Shown piece after piece: positions 32,099-42,641 of a stretch of 64,000 nucleotides of DNA. Under the pieces are notes generated by a model. The model was not told the DNA's origin. It saw only the letters and a program-made list of their open reading frames with translations, and did not search any database. Position 1 is the first letter of the stretch, and each line of letters opens with the position of its first letter. Position numbers and translations under genes: made by a program. The stretch covers positions 160,001 through 224,000 of the forward strand of contig CAWKKR010000006.1 in NCBI GenBank assembly GCA_963850305.1, written 5' to 3'. This DNA comes from an uncultured delta proteobacterium. Its GTDB lineage: Bacteria; Myxococcota_A; Polyangia; Polyangiales; Polyangiaceae.

Positions 32099-32817
32099 GC
32101 AAAGCCCTCCTCATCGCGCGCCGGGAAATGGGTGCCTACGCGCGTTCGCCGCTCGGTGCGGTCATCATCGCCGGAGCGCTGCTCATCGACGGCATCCTCT
32201 TTTACTACTTCGGTCTGTCCCAGCGGATGCTCTCGGCGGAAGTCCTGAGCGAATTCTTTTATTACGCGAGCGGCGTGACGATGGCCGCGGGAATCATCCT
32301 GTCGATGCGACTCATCGCCGAAGAGCGGCAAACCCACACGTTCACGCTGCTCAACACCGCGCCGCTCGGCGATTGGGAAATCGTGCTCGGGAAGTACCTG
32401 TCGGCGCTGGGAATGATCGGCATCCTGACGGCGCTGACGCTCTACATGCCGGCGCTGATCTTCGTGAACGGAAAGGTCAGCGTCGGGCACATCGCCGTCG
32501 GCTACGTGGGCCTGCTCCTGATGGGTTCGGCCACGATTTCCATCGGGCTCTTCGCGTCGAGCTTGACGCGCTCGCAGGTCGTCGCAGCCATCGTCGGCGC
32601 GGCGATTCTCACGTCGTTGATTCTCCTGTGGATGCTCGCGCAGGCCGTCGAACCTCCGCTGAACGAAGTGATCGCGGCCATGGCGTTTCATCACCAGAAT
32701 TTTCTCGGGTTCCAGAAGGGGATCCTGGAAGCGAGAGGCGTCGCGTATTACCTGGCGGTCACTTACGTCTTTCTCCTGTCCGCGACGAAGATCCTGGAGG
32801 CACGCCGATGGCGCTGA
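32095..32817 (+). CDS. ABC-2 permease (GldF-like)
   Basis: Six TM helices; MRLIAEERQ and IVLGKY motifs. Confidence 0.9.
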   Translation: MSKALLIARREMGAYARSPLGAVIIAGALLIDGILFYYFGLSQRMLSAEVLSEFFYYASGVTMAAGIILSMRLIAEERQTHTFTLLNTAPLGDWEIVLGKYLSALGMIGILTALTLYMPALIFVNGKVSVGHIAVGYVGLLLMGSATISIGLFASSLTRSQVVAAIVGAAILTSLILLWMLAQAVEPPLNEVIAAMAFHHQNFLGFQKGILEARGVAYYLAVTYVFLLSATKILEARRWR

Positions 32818-35039
32818 CCGATTCGAGCGGAAGCGAGAAGACGCCCGGCACGCGTGAAGGGGCTCCGGCGTGGGTCGTCCCGGCGTACGTCGGCGGCCTC
32901 GTCGTCCTCTACATCGGGGAACGCGTGGTCGGGACCCTCGACACGGTGCACTGGATCGTGAGCGGGCTCGGTCTCGGCGCGGTGCTCGCGGCGACCGCCG
33001 CACGGTTCGTTCCCACGTGGCAGGCCGGCGGAGAGCGCGGTCGTATCGAGAAACTGCTCGGCATTCTGTCCATCATCGGCGTCGTCGCGCTCGGCCTCTA
33101 CGCCTGCACGACCGACTACGGGCTGGACAAGCTCGGACTCCTGACGGCCCCTGATCAGAAGCGGGAGGCCGCCCAGGGCCTGCTCACCATCGCCTGGGTC
33201 GTCCTCGTCTGCGTCAGCGTGTTCCCGATGCTGTTCGCGGAGGCGGCGCTCTACCCGCAGAGAAACGCGGAACGGCTCGAGAGCCGCCGGGTCGGGGCCG
33301 CCGCCGCCGCCGGCCTGACCATCGCCCTCGCGCTCGTCTATTCTGCGTTCTTCGTCTACTCGGCGACGGGCTCCGACTGGAAGATAGACTTCTCGTATTT
33401 CAAGACGAGCGAGCCCAGCGAGTCCACGCGCAAGCTGGTCGAGGGCTTGAACGAGCCCGTCCGGGTGGTCGCGTTCTTTCCCGAGGTGAACCCGGTCCGC
33501 TCCGAGGTCAAAAATTATCTGACCAAGCTCGCCGACGGCGCGAAGAACATGCACGTCGAGTTCCACGATCGCTACCTGTCGCCGAAGATCGCGAAGGAGA
33601 TGAAGATCGTCCAGGACGGCGTGGTCGTCATCGAAAAGGGCGACGCCAAGCGCATGATCGTCCTCGGTACGGACATCAAGGACGCCGAGAAGGGGCTCAA
33701 GACGCTGGATCGCGATTTCCAGGAGCGACTCCTCAAGCTGCTCCGCGAGCGCCGGAACATCTATCTCACGGTCGGCCACGGCGAGATCAACGACGAGGAG
33801 CGGGCGGGCGGTCCCGATGCTCAGAAAGCCGGCCGCGGCGCGCAGATCTTGAAGATGCTGCTCGGCAAGCAGAACTACACCGTCAAGGATCTCGGGCTGA
33901 CCCAGGGTCTCGCCGTGGATGTTCCGAGCGACGCGGATGTCGTCATGGTGCTCGGTCCGACCGAGCCGTTTGCGCCGGAAGAACTGTCGGCGCTGGACCG
34001 GTACGCCAAGCGCGGCGGCAAGCTCCTCATGGCACTCGATCCGGATGCCATCTCCGCGGATGACGTGGATCCGGACGAGGCGAGCAGCACGGAAGGTGAG
34101 AAGCAGAAGCCGGGCGCGGCAGATTCCGCGGCCAAACCGAGCCCCGGCGGCACGCCGTCCGAGAAGGCGGGGAAGCCCGTCGACGCGAAGACGGCCGAGA
34201 AAAAGAGCGACGAGAAAACGGCCGAGAAAAAGAGCGACGAGAAGCCCGGGGCATCCGCGGCGTCCGCTTCGGCCGAGGTTCCGGCGCAGATCGGAGCCGG
34301 CAAGGGGCTGGTCGGGTCGCTCGAGGCGCTCGCCGGCATCGTGGGCGTCAAGTTCGATCCGACGGTGCTCGTCAACGACAAGGAGTTCGCGCGCCGTCGC
34401 TACAACGACTCCGACAAGACGCTGCTTGTCACGAATCGGTTTTCGTCGCATCCCTCCGTATCGACGCTGAGCCGCAACGCCTCGCGCGCGGCGATCGTCG
34501 TCGCCGGCTCGGGTTCCGTCGAACGCTTGCCGAACTCGCCGGAGAAGGTCGACATCGCGGTGCGAGGCCTGTCGAGCACCTTCAAGGACGTCAACCGGAA
34601 CTACCGGTTCGATCGGGGCCCCGAGCGTCGCGACGCTTACGGCATCGCCGCGGCGGTGACGCTACCCGTGGCCTCCGCCGCGGTACCCAAGCCCGAGGCG
34701 CCTAGCCCGCTCGACAAGAAGGAGGGCATCCACGTCGTCCCCGAGCCGCCCGAGATGCGGGCATTCGTGATCGCGGACGCGGACGTTCTCACCGATCTTG
34801 CCATGTCGAACTTCATGGCGAACCAGGTTCTCGTGATGGATGCGCTCCGCTGGCTCGGCGGTGAAGAGAGCTTCGCGGGCGAGGTGAACAACGAGGAAGA
34901 CGTCCCGATCGAGCACACGCAACAGAAGGATCTGGTCTGGTTTTACGCGACGATCTTCGGCGCGCCCGCGCTCGTGCTGGGGCTCGGTCTCACCTACAGC
35001 CGTCGTAGCCGGCAGCGTCGCGGAGGGAAGAAGTCATGA
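32808..35039 (+). CDS. GldG-like ABC accessory protein
   Basis: ATG 32808 overlaps permease end; N-terminal TMs, IYLTVGHGE, C-terminal TM. Confidence 0.85.
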   Translation: MALTDSSGSEKTPGTREGAPAWVVPAYVGGLVVLYIGERVVGTLDTVHWIVSGLGLGAVLAATAARFVPTWQAGGERGRIEKLLGILSIIGVVALGLYACTTDYGLDKLGLLTAPDQKREAAQGLLTIAWVVLVCVSVFPMLFAEAALYPQRNAERLESRRVGAAAAAGLTIALALVYSAFFVYSATGSDWKIDFSYFKTSEPSESTRKLVEGLNEPVRVVAFFPEVNPVRSEVKNYLTKLADGAKNMHVEFHDRYLSPKIAKEMKIVQDGVVVIEKGDAKRMIVLGTDIKDAEKGLKTLDRDFQERLLKLLRERRNIYLTVGHGEINDEERAGGPDAQKAGRGAQILKMLLGKQNYTVKDLGLTQGLAVDVPSDADVVMVLGPTEPFAPEELSALDRYAKRGGKLLMALDPDAISADDVDPDEASSTEGEKQKPGAADSAAKPSPGGTPSEKAGKPVDAKTAEKKSDEKTAEKKSDEKPGASAASASAEVPAQIGAGKGLVGSLEALAGIVGVKFDPTVLVNDKEFARRRYNDSDKTLLVTNRFSSHPSVSTLSRNASRAAIVVAGSGSVERLPNSPEKVDIAVRGLSSTFKDVNRNYRFDRGPERRDAYGIAAAVTLPVASAAVPKPEAPSPLDKKEGIHVVPEPPEMRAFVIADADVLTDLAMSNFMANQVLVMDALRWLGGEESFAGEVNNEEDVPIEHTQQKDLVWFYATIFGAPALVLGLGLTYSRRSRQRRGGKKS

Positions 35040-36067
35040 TCGCGCGAGGCTTGTGGATGCACGGGGCGATTCTCGCGCTCGCCGCGGGGTTTGCGTACCG
35101 AACCTGGACCTACGACGCGAGCAAGGCTCCCAAGCACGGCGAGACCGAACTCTGGCCCGGAACGCCCGATCAGATCCGCGAAGTGCGGTTCGAGACGAAG
35201 GGCGGCAGCCTCTCGCTCGTGCCTCGACAGGACTCGAACGGCCGTTATTTCGTCGGTACGGTGAAGAAGACCGCTCCGCCGGAGCCTCCGAAGCCGTCGG
35301 CGGCGCAATCGATCGGCGGCAAGGACGTGCCCGCCGCGCCGCCTGCCGAGCCGAAGACGGCGTACTTCGTCGCGACCAAGGACGGCGAGGCGTTCCTCGG
35401 CTCTCTCGCGCCGCTCCATGCGCTACGGGTTCTCGGCAAGATTGCTGACGCCGACAAGGCCGAGTTCGGTTTCGACAAGAAGGAGGGCACGCTCACCCTC
35501 GTGACGGACAAGGAGCGCACGCTCATATTCGGAGGCGAGACGCCCGGCGGTAGCGACTACTACGCGAAGGACGAGGCGACCGGGGACGCCTACGTCATCT
35601 CGGGGGCCATCGTCCGGGATCTCACGAACGCGGATCAGCGCCTCGTCGAGCACAAACTGCATGCCTGGGACGACTCCGACGCCAAGCGGGTGAAGATCAC
35701 CGCGGATGGCGTCACCCGGGAGTTCATCCGCAGCGCTGCCGCCAAGAGTGCCTGGACCAAGCCGAGCGCGCCGAACGACAAGGACGAGACCGCGACCAAC
35801 TGGCTCGCCAAGATCGAGCGGGTGCGGACGACGAGCTACGACGGCCAGACGCTCAACCCGCCGCCGGCTGCCGGTGACGTCTTTCTACACATCGAATATT
35901 TCGACTCCCGCAAACCGATCGGATTCCTCGAGCTCGTTCGCCGGCACGGCGACGGGGACAAGATCGACTACGTCGTGAAGACGGAACAGACCCGCTGGTA
36001 CGCGGGCGTCATCCGGAGCCAGATCGAGCAGATCGAGCAGGACATGAAGTCGGTCGTGAATCCCTAG
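35036..36067 (+). CDS. DUF4340-like protein
   Basis: N-terminal anchor; usual position after GldG-like gene; ATGA overlap. Confidence 0.75.
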   Translation: MIARGLWMHGAILALAAGFAYRTWTYDASKAPKHGETELWPGTPDQIREVRFETKGGSLSLVPRQDSNGRYFVGTVKKTAPPEPPKPSAAQSIGGKDVPAAPPAEPKTAYFVATKDGEAFLGSLAPLHALRVLGKIADADKAEFGFDKKEGTLTLVTDKERTLIFGGETPGGSDYYAKDEATGDAYVISGAIVRDLTNADQRLVEHKLHAWDDSDAKRVKITADGVTREFIRSAAAKSAWTKPSAPNDKDETATNWLAKIERVRTTSYDGQTLNPPPAAGDVFLHIEYFDSRKPIGFLELVRRHGDGDKIDYVVKTEQTRWYAGVIRSQIEQIEQDMKSVVNP

Positions 36068-36112
36068 ACCGCACTCGTCTCGATTCTGCTGAAACGGGAC
36101 TTACCGGAGGGC

Positions 36113-37525
36113 TCACTTCTCATCGCTCGCGTCATCCGTCCTGAGCCCGAGCTCCCGCATCTTCTGCTGCAGGTTCTGCCGCACCATCCCGACCGCCGCG
36201 GCCGTGCGCGACACGTTGCCATCGTGCTCCTTCAGGGCGGCGAGAAGAAACGTGCGCTCGAATTCCTCGACCTGGCGGCGCTTGGCTTCGTTGAAGGACA
36301 GCCCGGACGCCGCCGCGACGCTCTGAGTTCGCGGTGCGGCGGCGGACGCGCCGTCAGCCGCGAGCGCCGGCAGGTCGGCGCGCTCGATGACGGCCTCCGG
36401 GGCAAGCACGGCGGCTTGTTCCACGACGTTCCGGAGCTCGCGCACGTTCCCGGGCCAGGCGTGCCGGGCGAGCGTGGCGAGCGCGTCGCTCCCGATGCTC
36501 TTCTTCGCCCTGCCGAGCCGTTCGCCGAGGCGCGAAAGGAACCGCTCGACGAGCATCGGCAAATCTTCCATGCGGTCGCGGAGGGGGGGCAGGGCGATCT
36601 CCACGACCTTGAGTCGGTAATAGAGATCCTGCCGGAACCCGCCGCGACGGACCTCGGTTTCCAGATCGCGGTGAGTGGCGGCGATGACCCGGACATCGAC
36701 GTCGATGGGGCGACCGCCGCCCACACGCTCGAAGGTGCGCTCCTCGAGCACGCGGAGCACCTTGGCCTGCGTCTCGAGCGGCATGTCGCCGATCTCGTCG
36801 AGGAAGATGGAGCCCGAGTGGGCCGCCTCGAAGCGCCCGACGCGCCGGGCCGTGGCGCCCGTGAACGCGCCCTTTTCGTGCCCGAAGAGCTCGCTCTCGA
36901 CGAGCTCCCGGCTGATGGCGGCGCAGTTGACCGCCACGAACGGACGGCTCTTCCGCGCGCTCTCCTGGTGCAGCGCCTGGGCGACGAGCTCCTTGCCCGT
37001 GCCGCTCTCGCCGCGGACGAGCACCGTGAGATCCGTGTCCGCGACCTTCCGGATGGTCTCGAACACCTTCTTCATCGCGGGGCCGGAACCGACGAGCGTC
37101 GAAAATCCAAACTCACGATCGATGCGCTCGAGGAGCAATCGATGCTCGCGCTCGAGCCGCGTTCGTTCGAGCGCGCGCCGGACGACGAGACGCAGCTCGT
37201 CGTTGTCGAACGGCTTCGGGACGTAGTCCTCGGCCCCACCCTTCATCGCCTCCACGGCGGCCTTCTCCGAGCCGTGGGCAGTGACGAGGATGACCGGCGT
37301 CTCGGGACGCGCGACCTTCGACGCGGCGAGGACGTCCATGCCGCTCGTCGCGCCGCCGAGGGACAGATCCGTGACCACCAGGTCGAAGGAGCCCTCGCTC
37401 GCCTTCGCGAGCGCATCCGTGCCGCCGCTCGAGACGACGACCTCGTAGCCTTCCTTTTTCAGCAGCGACCCGAGTGCAATCTGAATCGCGCGCTCGTCGT
37501 CGATGACGAGGATTCGCTCCTTCAA
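36113..37525 (-). CDS. Sigma54-dependent response regulator (NtrC family)
   Basis: Receiver domain, GESGTGKE, GAFTGA, WPGNVREL, HTH. Confidence 0.95.
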   Translation of the reverse strand: MKERILVIDDERAIQIALGSLLKKEGYEVVVSSGGTDALAKASEGSFDLVVTDLSLGGATSGMDVLAASKVARPETPVILVTAHGSEKAAVEAMKGGAEDYVPKPFDNDELRLVVRRALERTRLEREHRLLLERIDREFGFSTLVGSGPAMKKVFETIRKVADTDLTVLVRGESGTGKELVAQALHQESARKSRPFVAVNCAAISRELVESELFGHEKGAFTGATARRVGRFEAAHSGSIFLDEIGDMPLETQAKVLRVLEERTFERVGGGRPIDVDVRVIAATHRDLETEVRRGGFRQDLYYRLKVVEIALPPLRDRMEDLPMLVERFLSRLGERLGRAKKSIGSDALATLARHAWPGNVRELRNVVEQAAVLAPEAVIERADLPALAADGASAAAPRTQSVAAASGLSFNEAKRRQVEEFERTFLLAALKEHDGNVSRTAAAVGMVRQNLQQKMRELGLRTDDASDEK

Positions 37526-38541
37526 GGGCCCACCCCCGCCGTCGGCCCGCTCCTCGGGAGCACGATCATGAACTCCGTCCCTTGCCCGATCCGGCTCGTC
37601 ACCTCGATGGACCCGCCGTGCTGCTCGAGCGTCTTCCGCGCGAGCGGGAGCCCGAGCCCCGTGCCGTGCGGCTTCGACGTGTGGAAGGGCCGGAAGATCC
37701 TCTCGAGCCGCTCCGCGGGGATCCCGGGACCGTTGTCGCGAACGCGGAGCCAGACTTCCGTCCCGGCGAGGTTCTGGCCCGCGGAGATGACGATGACGGC
37801 GTCCGCCGTTCCGCCCTCCGCGTGCGCGTCGAGTGCGTTGCCGATGAGGTTCGTCAGCATCTTTCGAAGCTGCTCACCGTCCGCAGTGATCGGTGGCAGC
37901 GGATCGACCTCGCGCAGGAGGCGGACCTGCGCTTTCTCCGCACGGTCGACCATCAGCTCCACGGCCGAGTCGATGACGGAGGATAGGTTCAGCTCGGAAG
38001 GCGTGAACGGCTCCTGCCGGGCGAAGCGCAGCAGATGCGAGATCGACCGCTCGACGCGATCGAGCTCCCCGACGGCGAGCCTCGCCTGCTCGACGGACTC
38101 GGGAGCGGTCGGATCTTCCGCAATCTGCTGCACGAGGCTCTTCGCGGCCGTGATGGGATTGCGGATCTCGTGCGCGATGGCCGCCGACAATTCCTCGAGG
38201 GAGCGGGCGTGCGCTCGCTCCGTCATCTGCAGCTCGGGCGGCGGTCTCGGCGCCGCGCGTTCCGCCTGCGCGACCCACCGCGTCCTCAGTCCGGGCGCGA
38301 CCACGCCGAAAAATCCGTGGCTGGCGAGCGCGATCCCCCACGCGAGAGCGACGACCAGAGCCGGCGTGAACCCGGCGAGCACCCAGAGGAGCGCGCAGGC
38401 GATCGCGTAGACCAGGGCGTGACCCAGCCAGCCGATCTTCCGGTTCGCGGCGCGCCGCGCCGCGCGGACCGTCGCACTCTCGTCCTTCCGGGCGAGAGTC
38501 GCGGACGAGCGGGCGGGCGACGTGGCGACGGCGGGGTTCAT
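37522..38541 (-). CDS. Sensor histidine kinase with N-terminal 2TM region
   Basis: AHEIRNP, NLIGNA, DNGPG, GTGLGL; ATG 38541. Confidence 0.88.
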   Translation of the reverse strand: MNPAVATSPARSSATLARKDESATVRAARRAANRKIGWLGHALVYAIACALLWVLAGFTPALVVALAWGIALASHGFFGVVAPGLRTRWVAQAERAAPRPPPELQMTERAHARSLEELSAAIAHEIRNPITAAKSLVQQIAEDPTAPESVEQARLAVGELDRVERSISHLLRFARQEPFTPSELNLSSVIDSAVELMVDRAEKAQVRLLREVDPLPPITADGEQLRKMLTNLIGNALDAHAEGGTADAVIVISAGQNLAGTEVWLRVRDNGPGIPAERLERIFRPFHTSKPHGTGLGLPLARKTLEQHGGSIEVTSRIGQGTEFMIVLPRSGPTAGVGP

Positions 38542-39519
38542 TTCGCGAGAAGGTGAGCCTCTCCCGATACTAGAGCCTTCCGTCCCTCTCGCGCGGGCAA
38601 TATCCCCAGGGCCGACCAGAGTGGCGCCGTCGTCGCCGTCAGAATGCCGAGATCCACGCAGAGTTCGCGAACCTGCGCGAGCCCGTCGCACGTGAGCCTC
38701 CGGTAGTGCGCGCCACCGTACGCTTCCGCGACGACGCTCTTCGGGACCCCGTGCTGGCCGAAAGACGGCGCTCGGCGGTCTGAGCATCAGCGCCGCAGTT
38801 TCGCGCAGCACGAACGGCGTGAAGAGTCTCAGCTGACAGCGCCGCGCGAGGGAGAGCGCAGGCACATGAGCTTCGAGATACCGGCGCGCGAAGCACACGT
38901 GCCGCGCCTCCTCCGTCACGTGGATCTGGACGATTCTTCGGAGCAGGGGATGCAAGGCGTCCCTGCGCTCGAGCTCCGTGCGCTGTACGTGATCGATGGG
39001 CACCTCGCCGGCGAGCACGTGAATGAAGAATAGCTCCGGGAACACGCGACCGAGGCGTGGCACCGTGCGGGCCACGTGTTTCATCAAGGACGTGAGGCCA
39101 GGCGCATCGAAGCCGGACCGGTTCACGAACTCCTGGAACATCAGGGAGTGTTGCCCTTCCTCGATCACCTCGTGGTAGGCGTACCGATAATCCGGGGAGC
39201 CGTTCGGGCGCGTCGCGGCGAACTCCAGCAACCCGCGCGACAGAATGTTCTCGAACTCGATACCCATCTTCATTTGACAGGCGGACAGATGAAGGCCGAT
39301 GCGCGCGCGGGTTCGTGCCGGCTGATTCCGGTACCAATCCGTCGCGCCGAGGGGATCGGTCGACGTCCTTTCCCAGCGAGGATCCTCGGGATCCACGCGG
39401 CACTGTTCGCTCTCCCACGGCACGTCGGCGTAGGCGTCGAAGTGCTTCTTCACCGATGCGCGACTCAGCCGTAAAACGACGCTGTCGTAGCTCTCGCGTG
39501 TCTTCTCGATATCGTTCAT
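38538..39519 (-). pseudogene. AurF-like diiron oxygenase, frameshifted as sequenced
   Basis: EEGQH and HVTEEARH diiron motifs; removing one base near 38762 gives ...LCVDLGIL..LWSALGI..* with the stop overlapping the kinase ATG. Confidence 0.82.
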
Positions 39520-39572
39520 GTTCGAAGTCCTTTGCTGACCACCCCATCGGGGGCGGACGCGAGGACTCCTAC

Positions 39573-39587
39573 GCACGACCCGTGCCG
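39573..39587 (-). promoter_or_regulatory. Putative sigma54 (-24/-12) promoter of the aurF-like operon
   Basis: Minus strand reads CGGCACG-GGTC-GTGC (GG-N10-GC), about 55 bp upstream of ATG 39519. Confidence 0.6.
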
Positions 39588-39699
39588 GACCACGGAAGCC
39601 GAAATGCTGCGGCTTTTTGCATCGACGACGGCTCCGTCACTGCAGCTCGGAAGCTGCAGTGCACCATTCGGAATGCACGTCCGAGCCCGGCGCCTGCAC

Positions 39700-39975
39700 G
39701 GTGCCGAGCTCGTACCCCCGCGCGAAGGCCGAAGCCCGGTACTCGCCGACGCATGGCTGGCCGAAGCCGTGCGGAACGGATTGCTGACTGCCCCGAGGCT
39801 CCGAACGAAGGGCCCCCCGCCGCGCAGGCCCGTCGGCAGCAGCCAGAGTGTGCTCGAAGAGCTCCAGCGCGACCGAGAGGACCGCGGATGATCTACCTCG
39901 ACACGTCGGTCGCGCTCGCGCAATTGCTCGGAGAAGACCGCCATCCGCCCGACGCGTTCTGGGATCGGACCGATA
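39700..39975 (+). pseudogene. Type II toxin-antitoxin remnant: antitoxin C-terminal part and first ~27 codons of a PIN/VapC toxin
   Basis: AELVPP...VLEELQRDREDRG* overlaps (ATGA) MIYLDTSVALAQLLGEDR at 39888; similarity then breaks off. Confidence 0.65.
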
Positions 39976-40017
39976 GGCCGCCAAGATCGCCCCTCGCAGT
40001 CCACGGCCCTTTCGTCG

Positions 40018-41400
40018 CTATCTCGGCGGCCCCATCGGGCCGTTCGCCATGTGCCCGTCGTGCATCTTCTCGCCGTCGTAGGGCGCCACGTACGGGATCT
40101 TGGCCCACACGGCATCGAAGTCGGCCTTCATCTTCTTCAGCTCGTCAGGGTTCGACTTCGAGAGATCGTGGAGCTCCCCGGGGTCGGCCGAGAGATCGTA
40201 GAGCTCCGTTCGCGCGGCTCCGTAGACGAGGAGCTTCCAGTTTCCGCGGATGATGGCCCGGATCTGCGGGTTGTGACTGTCTTCCGGCAGATCGAGGACG
40301 ATGGGATCGCGGTCCGCCGGCTTTTCGACGCCGTAGATCTCGGGGACGAGCGAGTGTCCGACGAAGGACGGCGGCACCTCGTGGATGCCCTCGAGAGCCA
40401 GGATGGTCGGCGCGAGATCCACCTGCGAGCGCTTTTCGTCGATGCGCTTCGGTGCGGCACCCGGCGTGTGGAAGAAGAGCGGCACGCGCGTGAGCACGTC
40501 CCAGAGCCAGAACGCGTGACGATACACCCCGTGCTCGCCGAACGCCTCGCCGTGGTCCGCCGTGACGATGACGACCGTCTTCTGCCACCAGGGCTGCTTC
40601 CTCGCGAAGTCGAGCAGCCTTCCCACGTGCAGATCAGTGAAGAATACCTCACCGTCGTAGCGCGCGCGGTTACCCTTCCCGAAGTTCGGCGACTCGGGGT
40701 GCAGCATGTACTGATCGTGCGGGTCCATGTAATGGAGCCAGGCGAAGAACGGCTTCCCGGTATGAGCCGGATCGCCGAGCTCCTTGATGCCGAGGTCGGT
40801 GAGCTTGTCGCTCGTGATGTTCGGGTCCGTCGTGGGGTCGAACTCGATGCCCGGCACGAGCTTCCACACGTCGAAGCCCTGGTCGAAGCCTTTGCCGCGC
40901 CCGAAGTAGAGATGCGCATGCATCCCCAGCGTCTCGATCCCGTGGTCGTGGAGCACCTCGGCGAGGAACACGTCGGACTTCGGGTAGTCCGTGAAGAAGT
41001 AGCTCGAACGGTAGAGCGTCGAAGGATACCGGCTCGTCAGGAACGCGGCGACGCTCTTCGCCGTGTAGCTCGAGACGGAGTACGCGTGCGTATAGACGAC
41101 GGACTCGGCCGCCAGCTTCGTCAGATTCGGCGCGATCGGCTTGTCGTACCCCTCCCACGGCATGTCTTGCCGCATGGAATCGATCGACAGCAGGATGACG
41201 TTCAGAGGTTCGCTCGGTAGTTCGGGCGCGTTCATCTTCGGCGAAGGGGGGGCACCCGACGCACTCGCGACGGCGCTCGCGGTCCCGGGCGGCGCGGCGG
41301 AAGGGCTCGGCGCAGGCGACGACGGTCCGCCGCTCTTGTTGCAGGCGGCGAGCAACATTGCCGCCGCGGCGACGAGACCGAGGGAGCGCGCTCGAATCAT
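40018..41400 (-). CDS. Sulfatase-like lipoprotein
   Basis: LAAC lipobox, NVILLSIDSMR, HYMDPH, TADHGEAFGEHG, ELYDL..DPGE. Confidence 0.9.
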   Translation of the reverse strand: MIRARSLGLVAAAAMLLAACNKSGGPSSPAPSPSAAPPGTASAVASASGAPPSPKMNAPELPSEPLNVILLSIDSMRQDMPWEGYDKPIAPNLTKLAAESVVYTHAYSVSSYTAKSVAAFLTSRYPSTLYRSSYFFTDYPKSDVFLAEVLHDHGIETLGMHAHLYFGRGKGFDQGFDVWKLVPGIEFDPTTDPNITSDKLTDLGIKELGDPAHTGKPFFAWLHYMDPHDQYMLHPESPNFGKGNRARYDGEVFFTDLHVGRLLDFARKQPWWQKTVVIVTADHGEAFGEHGVYRHAFWLWDVLTRVPLFFHTPGAAPKRIDEKRSQVDLAPTILALEGIHEVPPSFVGHSLVPEIYGVEKPADRDPIVLDLPEDSHNPQIRAIIRGNWKLLVYGAARTELYDLSADPGELHDLSKSNPDELKKMKADFDAVWAKIPYVAPYDGEKMHDGHMANGPMGPPR

Positions 41401-42458
41401 CCCTGAGCGAGCCAGCGCAGCGCGGCCTGATACATCGCCGGCTTCGTATCGAGCGCCACTTCGTGGCCCATGTCCTTCGGGGTCGACACGCGCACGGGCA
41501 CACCGGCTGCGGCGAGCCAGCGCCGGACCTGTGCGGCGTCGTCCACGACGTCGTCGTGCTCGCCCGTGATGAGATACACCCGGCGCACCCGACCGCGCGC
41601 TTCCGGCAGAGACGCGAGCCCGGCCGCGCCCCAGTAATCCGAATCCGCGCCGAGGATGAGCCATCGGTTGAACGTGTGAGGCTCGCGCAAACCGACGTTC
41701 ATCGCCACGAACGCCCCTTCGCTGAACCCTATGAGCGTGTTGCCGTAGAGCTGAACCCGGCGCCCGTAGCGACGGCGGAGTCCGTCGATCGCCTCCATGA
41801 CGATGTTCTGCCCGCCGACCCAGTTGTTGTTCCAGCCGCGCTTACCACCGCCGCGATCTTCGGGCCCCGAGGGACACACGAGCCACCCGAGATTCCGCGC
41901 GACGCGACTCCAGCGCTCGCAATAGTATTTCGGTTCCGCGCCGCGACCGTGGAGGTACACGATGACGGGCCGCATGCGCAGCCGACCGGGTCCGGTGGGT
42001 TCGTAATAATACGCGGGAGCCGAGCCCCGGATCGGAAGCTCCTGTATGCCGCTCTCCGTCTCCGCGAGCGGCTTCAGATGCACCCGCGCTTCTTCCGCGG
42101 ATTCGTCCTTCGCCGGGATGGTGAGCTTCTGCCCGACGCGAATCCTCGCCGACCTCTTGATGCCATTTGCTGCGGCGAGCAGCGACGTCTTCAGCCCGTA
42201 GTGATGCGCAATCCCGCCGAGCGTCTCGTGGGCGCGCACGACGTGCTCCGTCGGCCCTGGCGCGTCCCGTTCCTCTTCGGCGCTTGCGTGCGAGACGCGT
42301 TCAGGCGCTGCGGGTTCCGGGGGCGGCGGTTCCAGCGGCGGCGCAGCTCTGCCCTCGGCACCGGCGTCCGCGCCGGTGGGGATCTGCGCGCCGACGCTCG
42401 CGGGCGCCAGGGCCGCGCCGAGCGCAAAGAGCGTCGCGAAGAAAGAGAGCCGTCGCAT
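41397..42458 (-). CDS. LysM + alpha/beta-hydrolase exported protein
   Basis: Signal peptide; LysM HVVRAHETLGGIA..IRVGQKLTIP; LHG, GFSEG, GH. Confidence 0.85.
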   Translation of the reverse strand: MRRLSFFATLFALGAALAPASVGAQIPTGADAGAEGRAAPPLEPPPPEPAAPERVSHASAEEERDAPGPTEHVVRAHETLGGIAHHYGLKTSLLAAANGIKRSARIRVGQKLTIPAKDESAEEARVHLKPLAETESGIQELPIRGSAPAYYYEPTGPGRLRMRPVIVYLHGRGAEPKYYCERWSRVARNLGWLVCPSGPEDRGGGKRGWNNNWVGGQNIVMEAIDGLRRRYGRRVQLYGNTLIGFSEGAFVAMNVGLREPHTFNRWLILGADSDYWGAAGLASLPEARGRVRRVYLITGEHDDVVDDAAQVRRWLAAAGVPVRVSTPKDMGHEVALDTKPAMYQAALRWLAQG

Positions 42459-42641
42459 GGGCTTTGGACCCCATCCGCTAGCACAGTCCTCCGGGATGCG
42501 GGAGAAAGTGGCGATTTGGTTTGATTGAGGGGCGCCACGAGGGGACGGGCGCGACCTCGCGACGGGAGGGCGGCTGGGAGGTTGCGTGGGGCGGCGCGAG
42601 GAGGCGGGGCAGCCGCGCAGGCGCGGCGCGGGGACGGGAGG

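Noticed and set aside
31536..32807. N-terminal extension of the 1167-aa ORF
   Set aside because: Overlaps the ATPase and permease out of frame; the real start is ATG 32808
34188..34243. 27-bp duplication (KTAEKKSDE x2) in the GldG-like gene
   Set aside because: Ordinary low-complexity linker expansion
37522..39576. 684-aa AurF-histidine kinase fusion in the ORF track
   Set aside because: The linker is off-frame; a one-base correction gives a normal AurF C-terminus and an ATGA junction
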